52,421 nucleotides of DNA from Candidatus Iainarchaeum sp. Its GTDB lineage: Archaea > Iainarchaeota > Iainarchaeia > Iainarchaeales > Iainarchaeaceae. The position numbers and the translations under genes are program-made. Below the pieces are notes generated by a model. The model had not been told where the DNA came from. It made no database searches and worked only from the letters and a program-made list of their open reading frames with translations. The stretch covers positions 1 through 52,421 of the forward strand of contig JBDRLP010000001.1 in assembly GCA_043812975.1 (NCBI GenBank). The letters are read 5' to 3'. Shown here piece by piece: positions 1 through 9,038 of the stretch. Positions within the stretch are counted from its first letter, which is position 1, and each line of letters begins with the position of its first letter.

Positions 1-1631
1 GCTTTTGGTCTGCCTTCATCAATTGAATCAATTATGCAGTATCCTTTCTTTTCCAAGTATAAGTATTGGCCTTTTTTCAGGTTTTTCTTTTCAATAGCCC
101 CGACTTCTCTTTTCCCATCAGGCATTAATAATTCCAAATCCATTGTTTCGCGCAGCCATTGAACCACTTGTTTTCCTGTTGTGTCTTTACCAACAAATTG
201 GCCATTCAAAAGCAAACCTTTCTTATTCTCAACCCTGATATTTCCAATATTCCGAAGCCTGAATACAGGCTCTTTGATTTTTTTTATTTCAGATTCTGAA
301 ATCATAAACTCCTGAATTCCCTGTTCAAGAGAAAAACTCTCATTCTCTTTTTCAGCTTGAATTGCTTCCGGAATATGAACTTCTAATTTAATAGGGTCTA
401 TAATGTATGTTGTTCTTTCAGCTTCTTCCTGAATTAATTCTTTATTATATGCCCCGAGTTTTTCAATAGAAATATTTGCATCACTTGTTGTTAACCCAGA
501 ATCAGTAATAATTTTTTTAAGCGCCTCAGCTTTGAAACCACGCCTCCTCAGAGCTTTAATAGTTCCTAATTTTATGTCATCCCAGTCAGTATATTCACCA
601 TTTTCAATTCCTTCTTTAATTTTTGAAGTACTGAGAACCATTTCTCCGATTTTTAATCTGCCAAAATGAACTGCATGAGGATACTTCCATCCTAAATACT
701 TGTACAAAAATTCCTGTTTGGTTTGATTCTGTGAATGTTCCTGTCCTCGAAGAATAAATGTTATTCCCATTTCATGATCATCAATTCCGCTTTGGAACAT
801 ATAACTTGGCCATACGTGATAAATTTTTTTAACTCTTGGATTATCGGGGTTATCAACAATACGTGCCAGCCACCAGTCTCTTATACTGGGGTCGTTGTGC
901 CCCAAATTAGTTTTAATTCTTAAAATTGCTTGTCCTTCTTTTAGTTCGTTTGAAATCATTTTTTCAAATTCTTTCAGCTGAATTTCACTAGGCTGTTCCC
1001 TGTGCTCACAGGCTTTTTTTTGGGTTATAAGTTCTCTCCAGGATTCAGATTCACACTTGCATACATATGCATTTCCCTGTTCAATGAGTTTTCTCATGTA
1101 TGAATAATAAGTTTCCATCCTGTCTGAAGCAAAAAAAACTTTTTTAACTTTAATTCCCAACCATTCCAGGTCTTCGCGGAAAACTTTTTCAGGGTTATCA
1201 ATAGGCTTTTTTATCTTAGGGTCTGTATCTTCAAACCTCAGAATAAATTCTCCATTATACTTCTCAGCATAAGCATAGCTCAAATAAGCCGCTCTTGCGT
1301 TTCCCAAGTGAAATGGGCCGTTAGGGTTTGGAGCATATCTCGTAATTACTTTCTCGTTCTTAGCCCAATCCAGTTCAGGAAGGCCTTCTCTTTCAGGCTT
1401 TGGCTTTAATTCATAGCCTTCCTGAAAACCAGTGAATTCTTCTTCAATTTCCTTTAAGGGCATTGAATTAACTTTTTTGACAACTTCAATAACAATCGGC
1501 ATTAGTTCAGGCACCGGAGTATCCTTGTGCAGTGCCTTGAGTTTTCCAATAAGTGGCCCTATTTCAGATTTTCCTGCATGCTCAAAAGCATTCTTTACAG
1601 CGTATCTGTAGGCGTCTTCTTTAATGCTCAT
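1..1631 (-). CDS. gltX: Glutamyl-tRNA synthetase, archaeal type (3' end runs off the window)
   Basis: Not in the ORF track; translated by hand from ATG 1631: MSIKEDAYRYAVKNAFEHAGKS...RYAPNPNGPFHLGN...ILRFEDTDP...VLSTSKI. HIGH-like and archaeal KMSKS-equivalent motifs. TTTTAAG box about 25 nt upstream suggests a leaderless transcript. Confidence 0.95.
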   Translation of the reverse strand, partial: MSIKEDAYRYAVKNAFEHAGKSEIGPLIGKLKALHKDTPVPELMPIVIEVVKKVNSMPLKEIEEEFTGFQEGYELKPKPEREGLPELDWAKNEKVITRYAPNPNGPFHLGNARAAYLSYAYAEKYNGEFILRFEDTDPKIKKPIDNPEKVFREDLEWLGIKVKKVFFASDRMETYYSYMRKLIEQGNAYVCKCESESWRELITQKKACEHREQPSEIQLKEFEKMISNELKEGQAILRIKTNLGHNDPSIRDWWLARIVDNPDNPRVKKIYHVWPSYMFQSGIDDHEMGITFILRGQEHSQNQTKQEFLYKYLGWKYPHAVHFGRLKIGEMVLSTSKIKEGIENGEYTDWDDIKLGTIKALRRRGFKAEALKKIITDSGLTTSDANISIEKLGAYNKELIQEEAERTTYIIDPIKLEVHIPEAIQAEKENESFSLEQGIQEFMISESEIKKIKEPVFRLRNIGNIRVENKKGLLLNGQFVGKDTTGKQVVQWLRETMDLELLMPDGKREVGAIEKKNLKKGQYLYLEKKGYCIIDSIDEGRPK

Positions 1632-1672
1632 AAGAAATAGTTGTGTTTGCTAGAACTTAAAAATAGTGGTTT

Positions 1673-1855
1673 TCAGGCAGCTTTTTTCTTGTCTCTAATT
1701 CCGCCTGCAGCGCCGCCTCTTATTGCGGTTGTTTGGGATTCTGTGCTTTTATTGTCCTTACCAAATCTTCTTGCCCAACCTAAAAATCTTCTTACTTTAT
1801 GTGAGCCTTTAATCCTTTTCACTAAACTTGGTTTTCGTTCAACAGGTCTTGCCAT
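1673..1855 (-). CDS. Small basic hypothetical protein (about 60 aa)
   Basis: GAGGG SD 6 nt before ATG 1855 (alternative ATG 1861). Co-oriented and fills the trmB-gltX gap. Arg/Lys-rich; no family recognised. Confidence 0.55.
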   Translation of the reverse strand: MARPVERKPSLVKRIKGSHKVRRFLGWARRFGKDNKSTESQTTAIRGGAAGGIRDKKKAA

Positions 1856-1869
1856 AATCATCCCTCAAA

Positions 1870-2628
1870 TTAAATTTCTTTTCCCTTTTCCCAAGTATGG
1901 TCAAAGTGCTTTTTTAATGCATCGGCCATTGGTTTGTTTTCAGGCCAGATTGTGAAATGATATTCTGGTTTTTCTAATTGGAAATCACTCAAAGCCAGAA
2001 CAACTTTTTTTTCATCAATAATATAAGCATTCATTCCGTGATCAAAATCTCTCATACTAACCCCAGAATTTTTTAATTCATTCGCAAGTTTTTTTGTATC
2101 AGTATTAACCTTGCTTATTAGTTTTATTTCAACGTTTCTTCCATTGGCCTTTTTTATTGAATCTTTTATAAGGCCGTGTTCTTTTCCTAATGGAGCTAAT
2201 CCTATTACTGATTTATCTGCTGAATCAATCTGTTGGCCAAGAATTTTCATGAAATCGTTTTTGTCTTTTACTTTCATTACTTTTTCGTGTTTTCCGTTTG
2301 TTGAATCAAAAATAATTGTATCTTTTAATGAATTGGCTTCTGTTTCAAGTGTCTGTAATTCGGTTTTCTTTTCCTGGATAAGTGTGTTGAAAACGTTTTC
2401 AGGTTCAATAGCCATGTATCTTTTTGGTCTTCCGTGGATTTCAATAATGAGTGTTTTTTTTGTCAGTCTGTCAAGTACATCATAAACTCTTGTTTTTGGT
2501 ACTTGTGCAGTTCTTGATATTTCCGGAGCTTCAGCTTCCCTTAGTTTGAATAGTGCAGAAAGAGTTTTAGCCTCGTATTCAGTCAGACCTAATTTTTCCA
2601 AAAATATATTAATGTCATATTCGTGCAT
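1870..2628 (-). CDS. TrmB family transcriptional regulator
   Basis: N-terminal LGLTEYEAK...VPKTRVYDVLDRL winged HTH plus C-terminal effector/PLD-like domain. Confidence 0.9.
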   Translation of the reverse strand: MHEYDINIFLEKLGLTEYEAKTLSALFKLREAEAPEISRTAQVPKTRVYDVLDRLTKKTLIIEIHGRPKRYMAIEPENVFNTLIQEKKTELQTLETEANSLKDTIIFDSTNGKHEKVMKVKDKNDFMKILGQQIDSADKSVIGLAPLGKEHGLIKDSIKKANGRNVEIKLISKVNTDTKKLANELKNSGVSMRDFDHGMNAYIIDEKKVVLALSDFQLEKPEYHFTIWPENKPMADALKKHFDHTWEKGKEI

Positions 2629-2845
2629 CTAATCAACTCTGGATATTTTTCCCGAATTACTATATATTATACTAAAACTCATTATTAAATTTACTGTTTA
2701 CAGTTATTCAATTATTTTTGCGATTTTAGGTAGTGTTAAACATCAATATTATAGTGTATAGAGGGTAAAAATAGGTAGTTTTTTGGCAAAAAAGCCAAAA
2801 AAACACTATTAAATCGCTTTTTTTAGGTTTATTTGGTTAATTTAG

Positions 2846-3775
2846 TTATCTTCGGCTTCTTCCTCTGCTACTACCGCTGTCTCTTCTTTGGGAGTCTCTG
2901 CCAAAGCTTCTGAATGGTTTTTTTCTAAAACCCTTTTTTTCTTCTTCTCCTTCTTTCATTTTGTATTCGAAGTCTTCTGGGGTTTTTGAGAAATCATCAT
3001 CTGCCTTAATTTCTTCTCTTGCTTTGAGAATTTCTTTAGATAAAATCCAATAACCTAATGCTAGGCTCTTTTTTCCTTTATTGTTGATTGGAATTGCCAG
3101 ATCAATGTTTCTTAATGAATTATTAGTTGAAGCTAATGCAACTACAGGAACTCTTATTATTGAAGCTTCTTTAATAGCTTGTAAATCAGCTTCAGGATCT
3201 GTAACAACAACTACTTTAGGTTCAACAAAATGGTTACTTTCAGGATTTGTAAATGTCCCCGGAACAAATCTTCCGGTTACTGCGCTAGCTCCGATTGAAT
3301 CTGCAAATGCTTTTGCAGGAGTCTGTCCGTAAACTTTTCTTGAAACAACAACAACCTGATTTTTAGGAAAGCTTGCAATAAACTTTGAAGCATACCCAAG
3401 CCTCTGGTCAAGTGTCTGAACATCCAAAACATTCAAACCATCTTTTCTTACCTTATAAATATATTTTTTCATATCTCCTGACTTGAATTTTGTTCCAATA
3501 TGCGAACCGGTATTCAAATATTTTTCAGTATCTACAAGATTTGTTTGTTTGACTTCTTCTTCATCAGTTTTACTCTTTTTTTCATGCTTAATCTTTTCTT
3601 CTTTAACTTCATGCTTTTCTTTTTCATCTTTGGGATTTTCTTTTGTCGCAGCTTTCTCTTTTTTCTTTGCAGGTTCTTTCTCAGGCTTAGCTTTCACTTT
3701 ATCTTTTTCTAAAGTTTTTGCAGTTTCCTTTTTAGGCTCTGATTTTTTTCCAGCCTTTACTTCTTTTCCAGTCAT
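2846..3775 (-). CDS. rps2: 30S ribosomal protein uS2 with Lys/Glu-rich N- and C-terminal extensions
   Basis: YLNTGSHIGTK, GRFVPGTFTNP, VVTDPEAD motifs. Confidence 0.97.
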   Translation of the reverse strand: MTGKEVKAGKKSEPKKETAKTLEKDKVKAKPEKEPAKKKEKAATKENPKDEKEKHEVKEEKIKHEKKSKTDEEEVKQTNLVDTEKYLNTGSHIGTKFKSGDMKKYIYKVRKDGLNVLDVQTLDQRLGYASKFIASFPKNQVVVVSRKVYGQTPAKAFADSIGASAVTGRFVPGTFTNPESNHFVEPKVVVVTDPEADLQAIKEASIIRVPVVALASTNNSLRNIDLAIPINNKGKKSLALGYWILSKEILKAREEIKADDDFSKTPEDFEYKMKEGEEEKKGFRKKPFRSFGRDSQRRDSGSSRGRSRR

Positions 3776-3779
3776 ATTT

Positions 3780-3980
3780 TCACGTTTTGTAATTTAGTAT
3801 TGTATCCATGAAATCTACATGTGAGAAGATCATTCTTCTGCAACAATATTTTTTTACCCCTAAATCATCCATTACTTTTTCTGGGCTTTCTCCTTTCTCT
3901 ACTCTTTCCTTGAATTTTTCGTAGTGTTCTCCTACAATACTTCCACAACTAAAACATCTTACCGGTACGATCATTTTCAA
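3780..3980 (-). CDS. rpoN: RNA polymerase subunit Rpo10 (N)
   Basis: PVRCFSCG...YCCRRMI motif. Confidence 0.97.
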   Translation of the reverse strand: MKMIVPVRCFSCGSIVGEHYEKFKERVEKGESPEKVMDDLGVKKYCCRRMIFSHVDFMDTILNYKT

Positions 3981-4439
3981 TCACCTCTTGCTTGCCTGTT
4001 TCTTTGCTCTTGCTTTAGGTCCTAATTGTTTTTTTGGTTCAACGCGTCTTGCGTCATCAACTAAAAGCATTCTATCGTATGCTAAAAACTTTTTCTTAAG
4101 CTTTTCATCGCCTCTTCTGAACTCCAAAATTGCTTTTGCAATTGCAGCTCTTGAAGCAACACTTTGCCCCATAAATCCTCCGCCTTTAACAGTTACTTCT
4201 ACATCAACTTCAGATGCAACTGATCCTGCTAATTCAAGCGGTTCTTTGATAAATTCCTGAACATAATCTGGGCTGATGCTGTCAATAAGTCTTTTGTTTA
4301 TTCTGACAGTTCCTTTTCCTTTTCTTATTACTGCATTTGCCGTAGCATTTTTTTTCTTTGCTTTTGAGGTTATTCCTTTTTTCTTCTTTTTCTTTTTTAC
4401 TACGTCAACTATTTTTTCTTCTTCGACCATTTTTACCAC
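3981..4439 (-). CDS. rps9: 30S ribosomal protein uS9
   Basis: VKGGGFMGQ, YDRMLLVDDARRVEPKK, KQASKR. Confidence 0.96.
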   Translation of the reverse strand: MVKMVEEEKIVDVVKKKKKKKGITSKAKKKNATANAVIRKGKGTVRINKRLIDSISPDYVQEFIKEPLELAGSVASEVDVEVTVKGGGFMGQSVASRAAIAKAILEFRRGDEKLKKKFLAYDRMLLVDDARRVEPKKQLGPKARAKKQASKR

Positions 4440-4855
4440 TTAGCCCCTAAGTTCTTGCTTAATTGTTCAACTGTTAAAAATCCTTTTTGTTTTTTATTAA
4501 TTGCAGTTTCTATTTTTTCAGTTTTTACTTTTTCAAATTCGTCAGGAATTCCAATATGAGCTCTGAAGTTCTTGAATGCTGTTTTTCCCTTAGCTTTTTT
4601 CCAAGGAACCATTCCCCTTACTGCTCTTTTCACAATTCTGTCAGGCATTCTTGAATACTTTGGACCCTTATGAGGGTTTCCTTTTTCTCCAAGTTCCCTT
4701 CTTGTTTTGTATTTTTCTAGAAGATTTTCTTTTGTACCTGTAAAAATCATTTTTTCAGCATTAATAATGTCAATTCTCTCTCCTTTAATCAGTCTTTTTG
4801 CTATTACGCTTGCTGCCCTTCCAACCACTAAATTTGATCCGTCTATGATGCTCAT
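4433..4855 (-). CDS. rpl13: 50S ribosomal protein uL13
   Basis: IIDGSNLVVGRAAS, PDRIVKRAVRGMVP. Confidence 0.96.
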   Translation of the reverse strand: MSIIDGSNLVVGRAASVIAKRLIKGERIDIINAEKMIFTGTKENLLEKYKTRRELGEKGNPHKGPKYSRMPDRIVKRAVRGMVPWKKAKGKTAFKNFRAHIGIPDEFEKVKTEKIETAINKKQKGFLTVEQLSKNLGAKW

Positions 4856-5217
4856 TGTACTATCACCATTTCTGATTCTTTCGGTTTTGCTTCAATTAAT
4901 TCAGTAAGTGAAAGAATTTTTCCTTTATGTGCTTCAATTTTTTTCCTTGCTTTTTCAGAATAATCAAGACATGCAACTTCTATTTTTGTGTTAATTTCCC
5001 CCATTGAAAGAACTTTCCCCGGTACAACAAATATCTTATCTTTTTGCTTTTTTGCTAATTTGTTAAGTTTATCAACATTAACTTTGGCTCTTATTCTGGC
5101 TGGTTTTGCCAGCCTTTCAGCTATGCTTTTCCAAACAGCCTTTTTGGTTTTCTTTCCCTGTTTTTCTAGGGAAACAATTAATTTTTTTGTTGATTTTTTT
5201 GCCATTGTTTTTCTCAT
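4852..5217 (-). CDS. rpl18e: 50S ribosomal protein eL18
   Basis: WKSIAERLAKP, VNVDKLN, VVPGKVLSMG. Start may be ATG 5205. Confidence 0.95.
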   Translation of the reverse strand: MRKTMAKKSTKKLIVSLEKQGKKTKKAVWKSIAERLAKPARIRAKVNVDKLNKLAKKQKDKIFVVPGKVLSMGEINTKIEVACLDYSEKARKKIEAHKGKILSLTELIEAKPKESEMVIVQ

Positions 5218-5236
5218 TTCAAACCACTTTTTTTAA

Positions 5237-5320
5237 TGCAGGAGGGCGGATTCGAACCGTCGAAGGCGCTGAGCCACAGGATCTTAAGTCCTGCCCCGTT
5301 GACCGCTTGGGTACTCCTGC
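5237..5320 (-). tRNA. tRNA-Leu(TAA), intronless, CCA not encoded
   Basis: GCAGGAG/CTCCTGC acceptor stem with discriminator A; CAGGA-CTTAAGA-TCCTG anticodon arm; long variable arm; GGTTCGAATCC T loop. Usual rpoD-rpl18e position. Confidence 0.97.
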
Positions 5321-5341
5321 AGTCAAATAAATTGGGGGTTA

Positions 5342-6028
5342 TCAGCTTAAAACCTTTAATTCTTCTCTGAAATCCTTAGATTTCTGTTTTAAGACCTCCG
5401 TTGCATTTATGAATAATTCTTTTGCTTCTATGTTGCCGAATGATTCGACAATAAATACGAATGTTGTAGGATCATACTCTAATTTTTGATCTTTTTCAAC
5501 AATAATGTCTCTTTGTTTTTCATCAAGAATCATTTCAATTACATCTGCTTTGTAACTTTTCTCTGTTCCTGAAATGATTGGTAATTCCTGATAAGAAGCT
5601 ATAGCGGGTTGCCATTTTGCGTGTTCTTTTCCCAAACCAACAAGAGCATCCATTTCAAGCTTTATTTTTTGTCCTTCAATAAGTTTTGTAATAGGGACAT
5701 TAAGCTCTGCAGGTTCTATTTTTGGATCAGTACTCTTAATGTCTTTGCTGTAAACTGTACAAGGCCCGTCTTTTTCAAGAACTAACTTTACTTTGTCTCC
5801 TTCTTTGTATTTTACTGAATCCATTTTAAGCGGGATAAGCGCGAGTCTGTGTGCCAGCATTTCATCAGTCATTGCTCCGTTATTCTGATAAAAGTGAACA
5901 TCCTCAACAGCTAATACAGGAATGCCTGCCATGATTTGTCTTCTCAAACCATTTACAAAAGCGTGGTTTGTTCCTTTTAAAAGCAATTTCAATGTTTTTC
6001 CTTTACTATCCAAAAGTTTTATATCCAA
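5342..6028 (-). CDS. rpoD: RNA polymerase subunit Rpo3 (D), short form
   Basis: NGLRRQIMAGIP, DEMLAHRLALIP, GKEHAKWQP. TTG start with GAGGTG SD. Confidence 0.96.
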   Translation of the reverse strand: MDIKLLDSKGKTLKLLLKGTNHAFVNGLRRQIMAGIPVLAVEDVHFYQNNGAMTDEMLAHRLALIPLKMDSVKYKEGDKVKLVLEKDGPCTVYSKDIKSTDPKIEPAELNVPITKLIEGQKIKLEMDALVGLGKEHAKWQPAIASYQELPIISGTEKSYKADVIEMILDEKQRDIIVEKDQKLEYDPTTFVFIVESFGNIEAKELFINATEVLKQKSKDFREELKVLS

Positions 6029-6040
6029 GTTTTAACACCT

Positions 6041-6424
6041 CTAGTCCTTTTTACTCCTATGTCTTTTCTTTCTTCTGCAGCCATCATGTGGGGTAGGGGT
6101 AACGTTTTCTATTGTTTTTATTCTAACGTTATTTCTTGTTAATGAAAGTATTGCTGCTTCAGCCCCTTGTCCAGGGTTCTTAGGCCGTATTCCTCCCTGG
6201 CCACGTACTTTTACGATTACTTCATCTATTCCTTTTTCTCTTGCTTTTTCTGCCACAATTTCTGCAACTTTCATTGCAGCATAAGGAGAACCTTCTTTGT
6301 GCTGTGCTTTTACAACCATTCCTCCTGAACATTTTGCAATTGTTTCAGAGCCTGTAATATCTGTTAACAAAATAATTGTGTTATTCCTTGAAGCATAAAT
6401 GTTGATTATTCCTGTTTTAGTCAT
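6041..6424 (-). CDS. rps11: 30S ribosomal protein uS11
   Basis: YASRNNTII, SGGMVVKA, SPYAAM, ENVTPTPHDG. Confidence 0.97.
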   Translation of the reverse strand: MTKTGIINIYASRNNTIILLTDITGSETIAKCSGGMVVKAQHKEGSPYAAMKVAEIVAEKAREKGIDEVIVKVRGQGGIRPKNPGQGAEAAILSLTRNNVRIKTIENVTPTPHDGCRRKKRHRSKKD

Positions 6425-7296
6425 TCTGCAGCCTCCGCTTCCACAGTTTCCCCCTTCGGGGACTTCGCGTCTGTGGGCTGCGATGCACCCTGCTTTGCAG
6501 GGGGCTGCTCTTCAGTTTTTTCTGAAGTTTCCTCTTTCTTAGTTTCTTTTACTTCTTTTTTCTCTTCAGCTTTAGGTTTTTCTGGTTTTACTTCTACCTT
6601 AGGTTCTTCTTTTTCTTTCTTAGCTTCCGGCTTTTCAGTTACTTTTTCCTTTTTCTCTTCAACCCCTTTACCCTTCCCTTCGGTCAGGGCACCTTTGGCG
6701 GGACTCCCTTTGGTCGCAGGGGCATCTTTCTTTTCGCCTGTTTGAGTTTCTGCATCTTTTCCTGCTGATTCCTCAAACTCTTTCTTTAAATCTTTCTTTG
6801 GTTTTTCATTTTCAATCTTTAATGGTTTTCTATGCCAGCCAAGTTCTGAAACCTCATCTATATGAACCAAATAACCTGGTGCTGAAATTCTTTTTCCTTT
6901 AAGTGAAATATGTCCGTGAACAATGAACTGCCTTGCCTGCTTTGAAGTATTTGCAAGACCTTTTCTCAGGATTATTGTTTGTAATCTTTTTTCAAGTAGT
7001 TCCTCAACTTTCAATCCTAAAACATCATCTAATATAGCGTCAGATTTTACAAGATTGATTTTTCTCAAACCACTCATTAGTTCTTTTTCTCTTACCATTC
7101 TTGTTTCAAGAGGTAATGCCAAAAGACTTCTAGCAATTCGTCTTTTATTCCTTAACCAGGTTGTGTGTTTTCTCAATTCTTTCTTGTTTTTCAAACCATA
7201 AAAATTAACGAGTTTTCTCTCTGATACAAGTAATTGTTTATCCCACTTTTTTCTTGGGGTGCTGTATTGTTTTCTTCTTTTTTTAGGATCGCCCAT
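6421..7296 (-). CDS. rps4: 30S ribosomal protein uS4 with about 120 aa Lys/Glu-rich C-terminal tail carrying two repeat insertions
   Basis: MGDPKKRRKQYSTPRKKW, LEKRLQT, ARQFIVHGHI. Confidence 0.97.
   Translation of the reverse strand: MGDPKKRRKQYSTPRKKWDKQLLVSERKLVNFYGLKNKKELRKHTTWLRNKRRIARSLLALPLETRMVREKELMSGLRKINLVKSDAILDDVLGLKVEELLEKRLQTIILRKGLANTSKQARQFIVHGHISLKGKRISAPGYLVHIDEVSELGWHRKPLKIENEKPKKDLKKEFEESAGKDAETQTGEKKDAPATKGSPAKGALTEGKGKGVEEKKEKVTEKPEAKKEKEEPKVEVKPEKPKAEEKKEVKETKKEETSEKTEEQPPAKQGASQPTDAKSPKGETVEAEAAE
6441..6508 (+). repeat. Palindromic element copy, in frame in the uS4 tail (encodes QPPAKQGASQPTDAKSPKGETV)
   Basis: CCACAG/CTGTGG stem with nested CCCC-TTC-GGGG hairpin, plus CCCTGC-TTT-GCAGGG. 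Confidence 0.85.
6676..6719 (+). repeat. Palindromic element copy, in frame in the uS4 tail (ATKGSPAKGALTEG)
   Basis: GGCGGGACTCCCTTTGGTCGC, near-identical to the copies at 21444 and 36326. Confidence 0.85.
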
Positions 7297-7302
7297 TTTT
7301 CA

Positions 7303-7923
7303 TCACTTTTTTTTGTCCTTTTGTGTATCCTTCTTTGTTACTCCTACAGTAGTACCTTTATTCCTGTGAGTAGACTTATTTCTCTGGCCTCTTACAGGAA
7401 GCTTCCAAGTATGCCTTAATCCTCTGTAAGACTTGATTTCCCCAAGCCTCTGAAGGTCAGTTCTCAGGCCAAATTCAAGTTCACCCATAATTCTGTGAGT
7501 GTCTTCTCCTGTTGTAAAATCATTTTGTCTGTTAAGGCTCCAAGCAGGAATATTAAATTTTGTTGGGTTAAGCACAATCTGTTCGAGCTTTTTTACTTGT
7601 TCTTCTTTAATCTTTCCCAGTTTTTCATTTCCTGAAATTCCGGTTTCTTTTTCAAACACAATAGTCATGTTCTTAGCCATTCTCAAGCCAATCCCTCTGA
7701 TTTTAGTCAAAGCTCTTACTATTGTTGAGCTTCCGTTTAAATCATTGTCAGCAACCCTGACTATAAGTTCAACCTCTTCTACTGGTTTTTGAAATTTCTT
7801 TTCTGCAACCGTTGCGTCGGTGGATGCCCTTTGGGCGGCGTCCGCCTTCGGTAGGACTGCCTTGTCCGTAGCTTTTGCTTCATTTTCGTTAGCTTTTTCT
7901 TGTTCTTTTTTTTCTTCAGTCAT
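7303..7923 (-). CDS. rps13: 30S ribosomal protein uS13 with N-terminal extension
   Basis: ALTKIRGIGLR, SYRGLRHTWKLPVRGQRNKS. Confidence 0.97.
   Translation of the reverse strand: MTEEKKEQEKANENEAKATDKAVLPKADAAQRASTDATVAEKKFQKPVEEVELIVRVADNDLNGSSTIVRALTKIRGIGLRMAKNMTIVFEKETGISGNEKLGKIKEEQVKKLEQIVLNPTKFNIPAWSLNRQNDFTTGEDTHRIMGELEFGLRTDLQRLGEIKSYRGLRHTWKLPVRGQRNKSTHRNKGTTVGVTKKDTQKDKKK
7807..7860 (+). repeat. Palindromic element copy, in frame in the uS13 N-terminus (AVLPKADAAQRASTDATV)
   Basis: ACCG-TTGCGT-CGGT plus GTCCGCC-TTC-GGTAGGAC; matches the copy at 13703. Confidence 0.88.
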
Positions 7924-7927
7924 TTTA

Positions 7928-8143
7928 TCACTCTATTTTTACCAGTTCTTCTTTTGTAATTTTTTTTGCATCAATGGTTTTTCCCGTAGGAAACAAATGT
8001 AAAATATTACATTTTCTCTTTTTCACTTTTGCTCCTTCAACCAAAACATAATTATCATCAACTTTTTTAATCACTACAACCTTTTTCCCGGCTTCTCTTC
8101 CGGCTGTTTTTACACAAATGCTTCCAATGATTATTGAACTCAT
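7928..8143 (-). CDS. rpl14e: 50S ribosomal protein eL14
   Basis: GSICVKTAGREAGKKVVVI, KRKCNILHLFPT. Confidence 0.93.
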   Translation of the reverse strand: MSSIIIGSICVKTAGREAGKKVVVIKKVDDNYVLVEGAKVKKRKCNILHLFPTGKTIDAKKITKEELVKIE

Positions 8144-8475
8144 TTAGATTCCTCTTTTATTTTTATGAATTTTTTAAGTTTAATTGGAACGTCTGTAATG
8201 TCTTTTTTTCCTGAGTCAACAAGAGCATAATTTTCCCAAACTTCTCTCCTAGTTTTGCTTCCAAGAATACCGCCAAAAATTACACTAGGCCTTCTCTTGC
8301 TTTTTGCAAGTTTTCTAACACTTGCTTTTGACTGATTTCCTGTTCCTGGTAATGGTTTTCCTGTAATGCAATCCCTAGCTTTTGAATTTTTTTTCCTGGT
8401 GTACTGGACAACTGTGTTTGCTCCAGGAGTTTTCCTGAACTTTTTTTTCTTAACTCTTGTTTGTCTATCAACCAT
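8140..8475 (-). CDS. rpl34e: 50S ribosomal protein eL34, Zn ligands largely lost
   Basis: FRKTPG, GKPLPG, SKRRPSVIFGG; conserved position next to rpl14e. Confidence 0.85.
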   Translation of the reverse strand: MVDRQTRVKKKKFRKTPGANTVVQYTRKKNSKARDCITGKPLPGTGNQSKASVRKLAKSKRRPSVIFGGILGSKTRREVWENYALVDSGKKDITDVPIKLKKFIKIKEESK

Positions 8476-8974
8476 TTAGTACACCAAAATTTTTCAATAA
8501 TTTTTCCCCGACATTCATTACTATTGTAATTCCAAGATAAACCAAAATATACCAGCCGTACCAGTTTGTTTGTTCATAAAAATCAATTCCCCATGTTCCT
8601 AAATTGAATAAGTCAAATCCGTTTGCAAGCCAAGGGATTGCAAATGGTAAGTCAATGATTGCGTCTCCATAGAAGAAACCTAATATTGCAAATGCCGGAA
8701 TAAAAATCACAACGGAATATTTCATTACTTTCATTGTGCCTCCCATCATTTCCTGCATGTGCTGCATCATTTCTTTTTCCAGTGCTTCCAGTTTGTTTCT
8801 GGATTTTTGATCTTCTTTTCCCATTAACTCCTTCATCTGTGATTGTTTTTCTTTTATTAATACCTGTTTCTTTTTCATTTCATCTCTGTTACCGAACTTT
8901 TTCTGAATTATCTGACTCAGAGTTACCAATACAAGTGATATCAATGCGATGTCAATCATGGTGCTAATAATCAT
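8468..8974 (-). CDS. DUF106 / EMC3-TMCO1 (Oxa1 superfamily) membrane protein
   Basis: TM, cytosolic coiled coil, TM, then WYGWYILV. Conserved location downstream of secY. Confidence 0.88.
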   Translation of the reverse strand: MIISTMIDIALISLVLVTLSQIIQKKFGNRDEMKKKQVLIKEKQSQMKELMGKEDQKSRNKLEALEKEMMQHMQEMMGGTMKVMKYSVVIFIPAFAILGFFYGDAIIDLPFAIPWLANGFDLFNLGTWGIDFYEQTNWYGWYILVYLGITIVMNVGEKLLKNFGVLNG

Positions 8975-8988
8975 AAATAAAACCTCTT

Positions 8989-9026
8989 AGAGAGAAAAAA
9001 GGGAGTATGAAGATTACATAATCTTC
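8989..9026 (-). terminator. Candidate terminator or hairpin after secY
   Basis: GAAGATTA-CA-TAATCTTC inverted repeat (9009-9026), followed on the minus strand by CTCCCTTTTTT. Confidence 0.4.
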
Positions 9027-9038
9027 CACCGATTCCTT

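Noticed and set aside
2685-2710. ACTGT-TT-ACAGT as a TrmB operator
   Set aside because: A 5-bp arm palindrome in AT-rich DNA is expected by chance.
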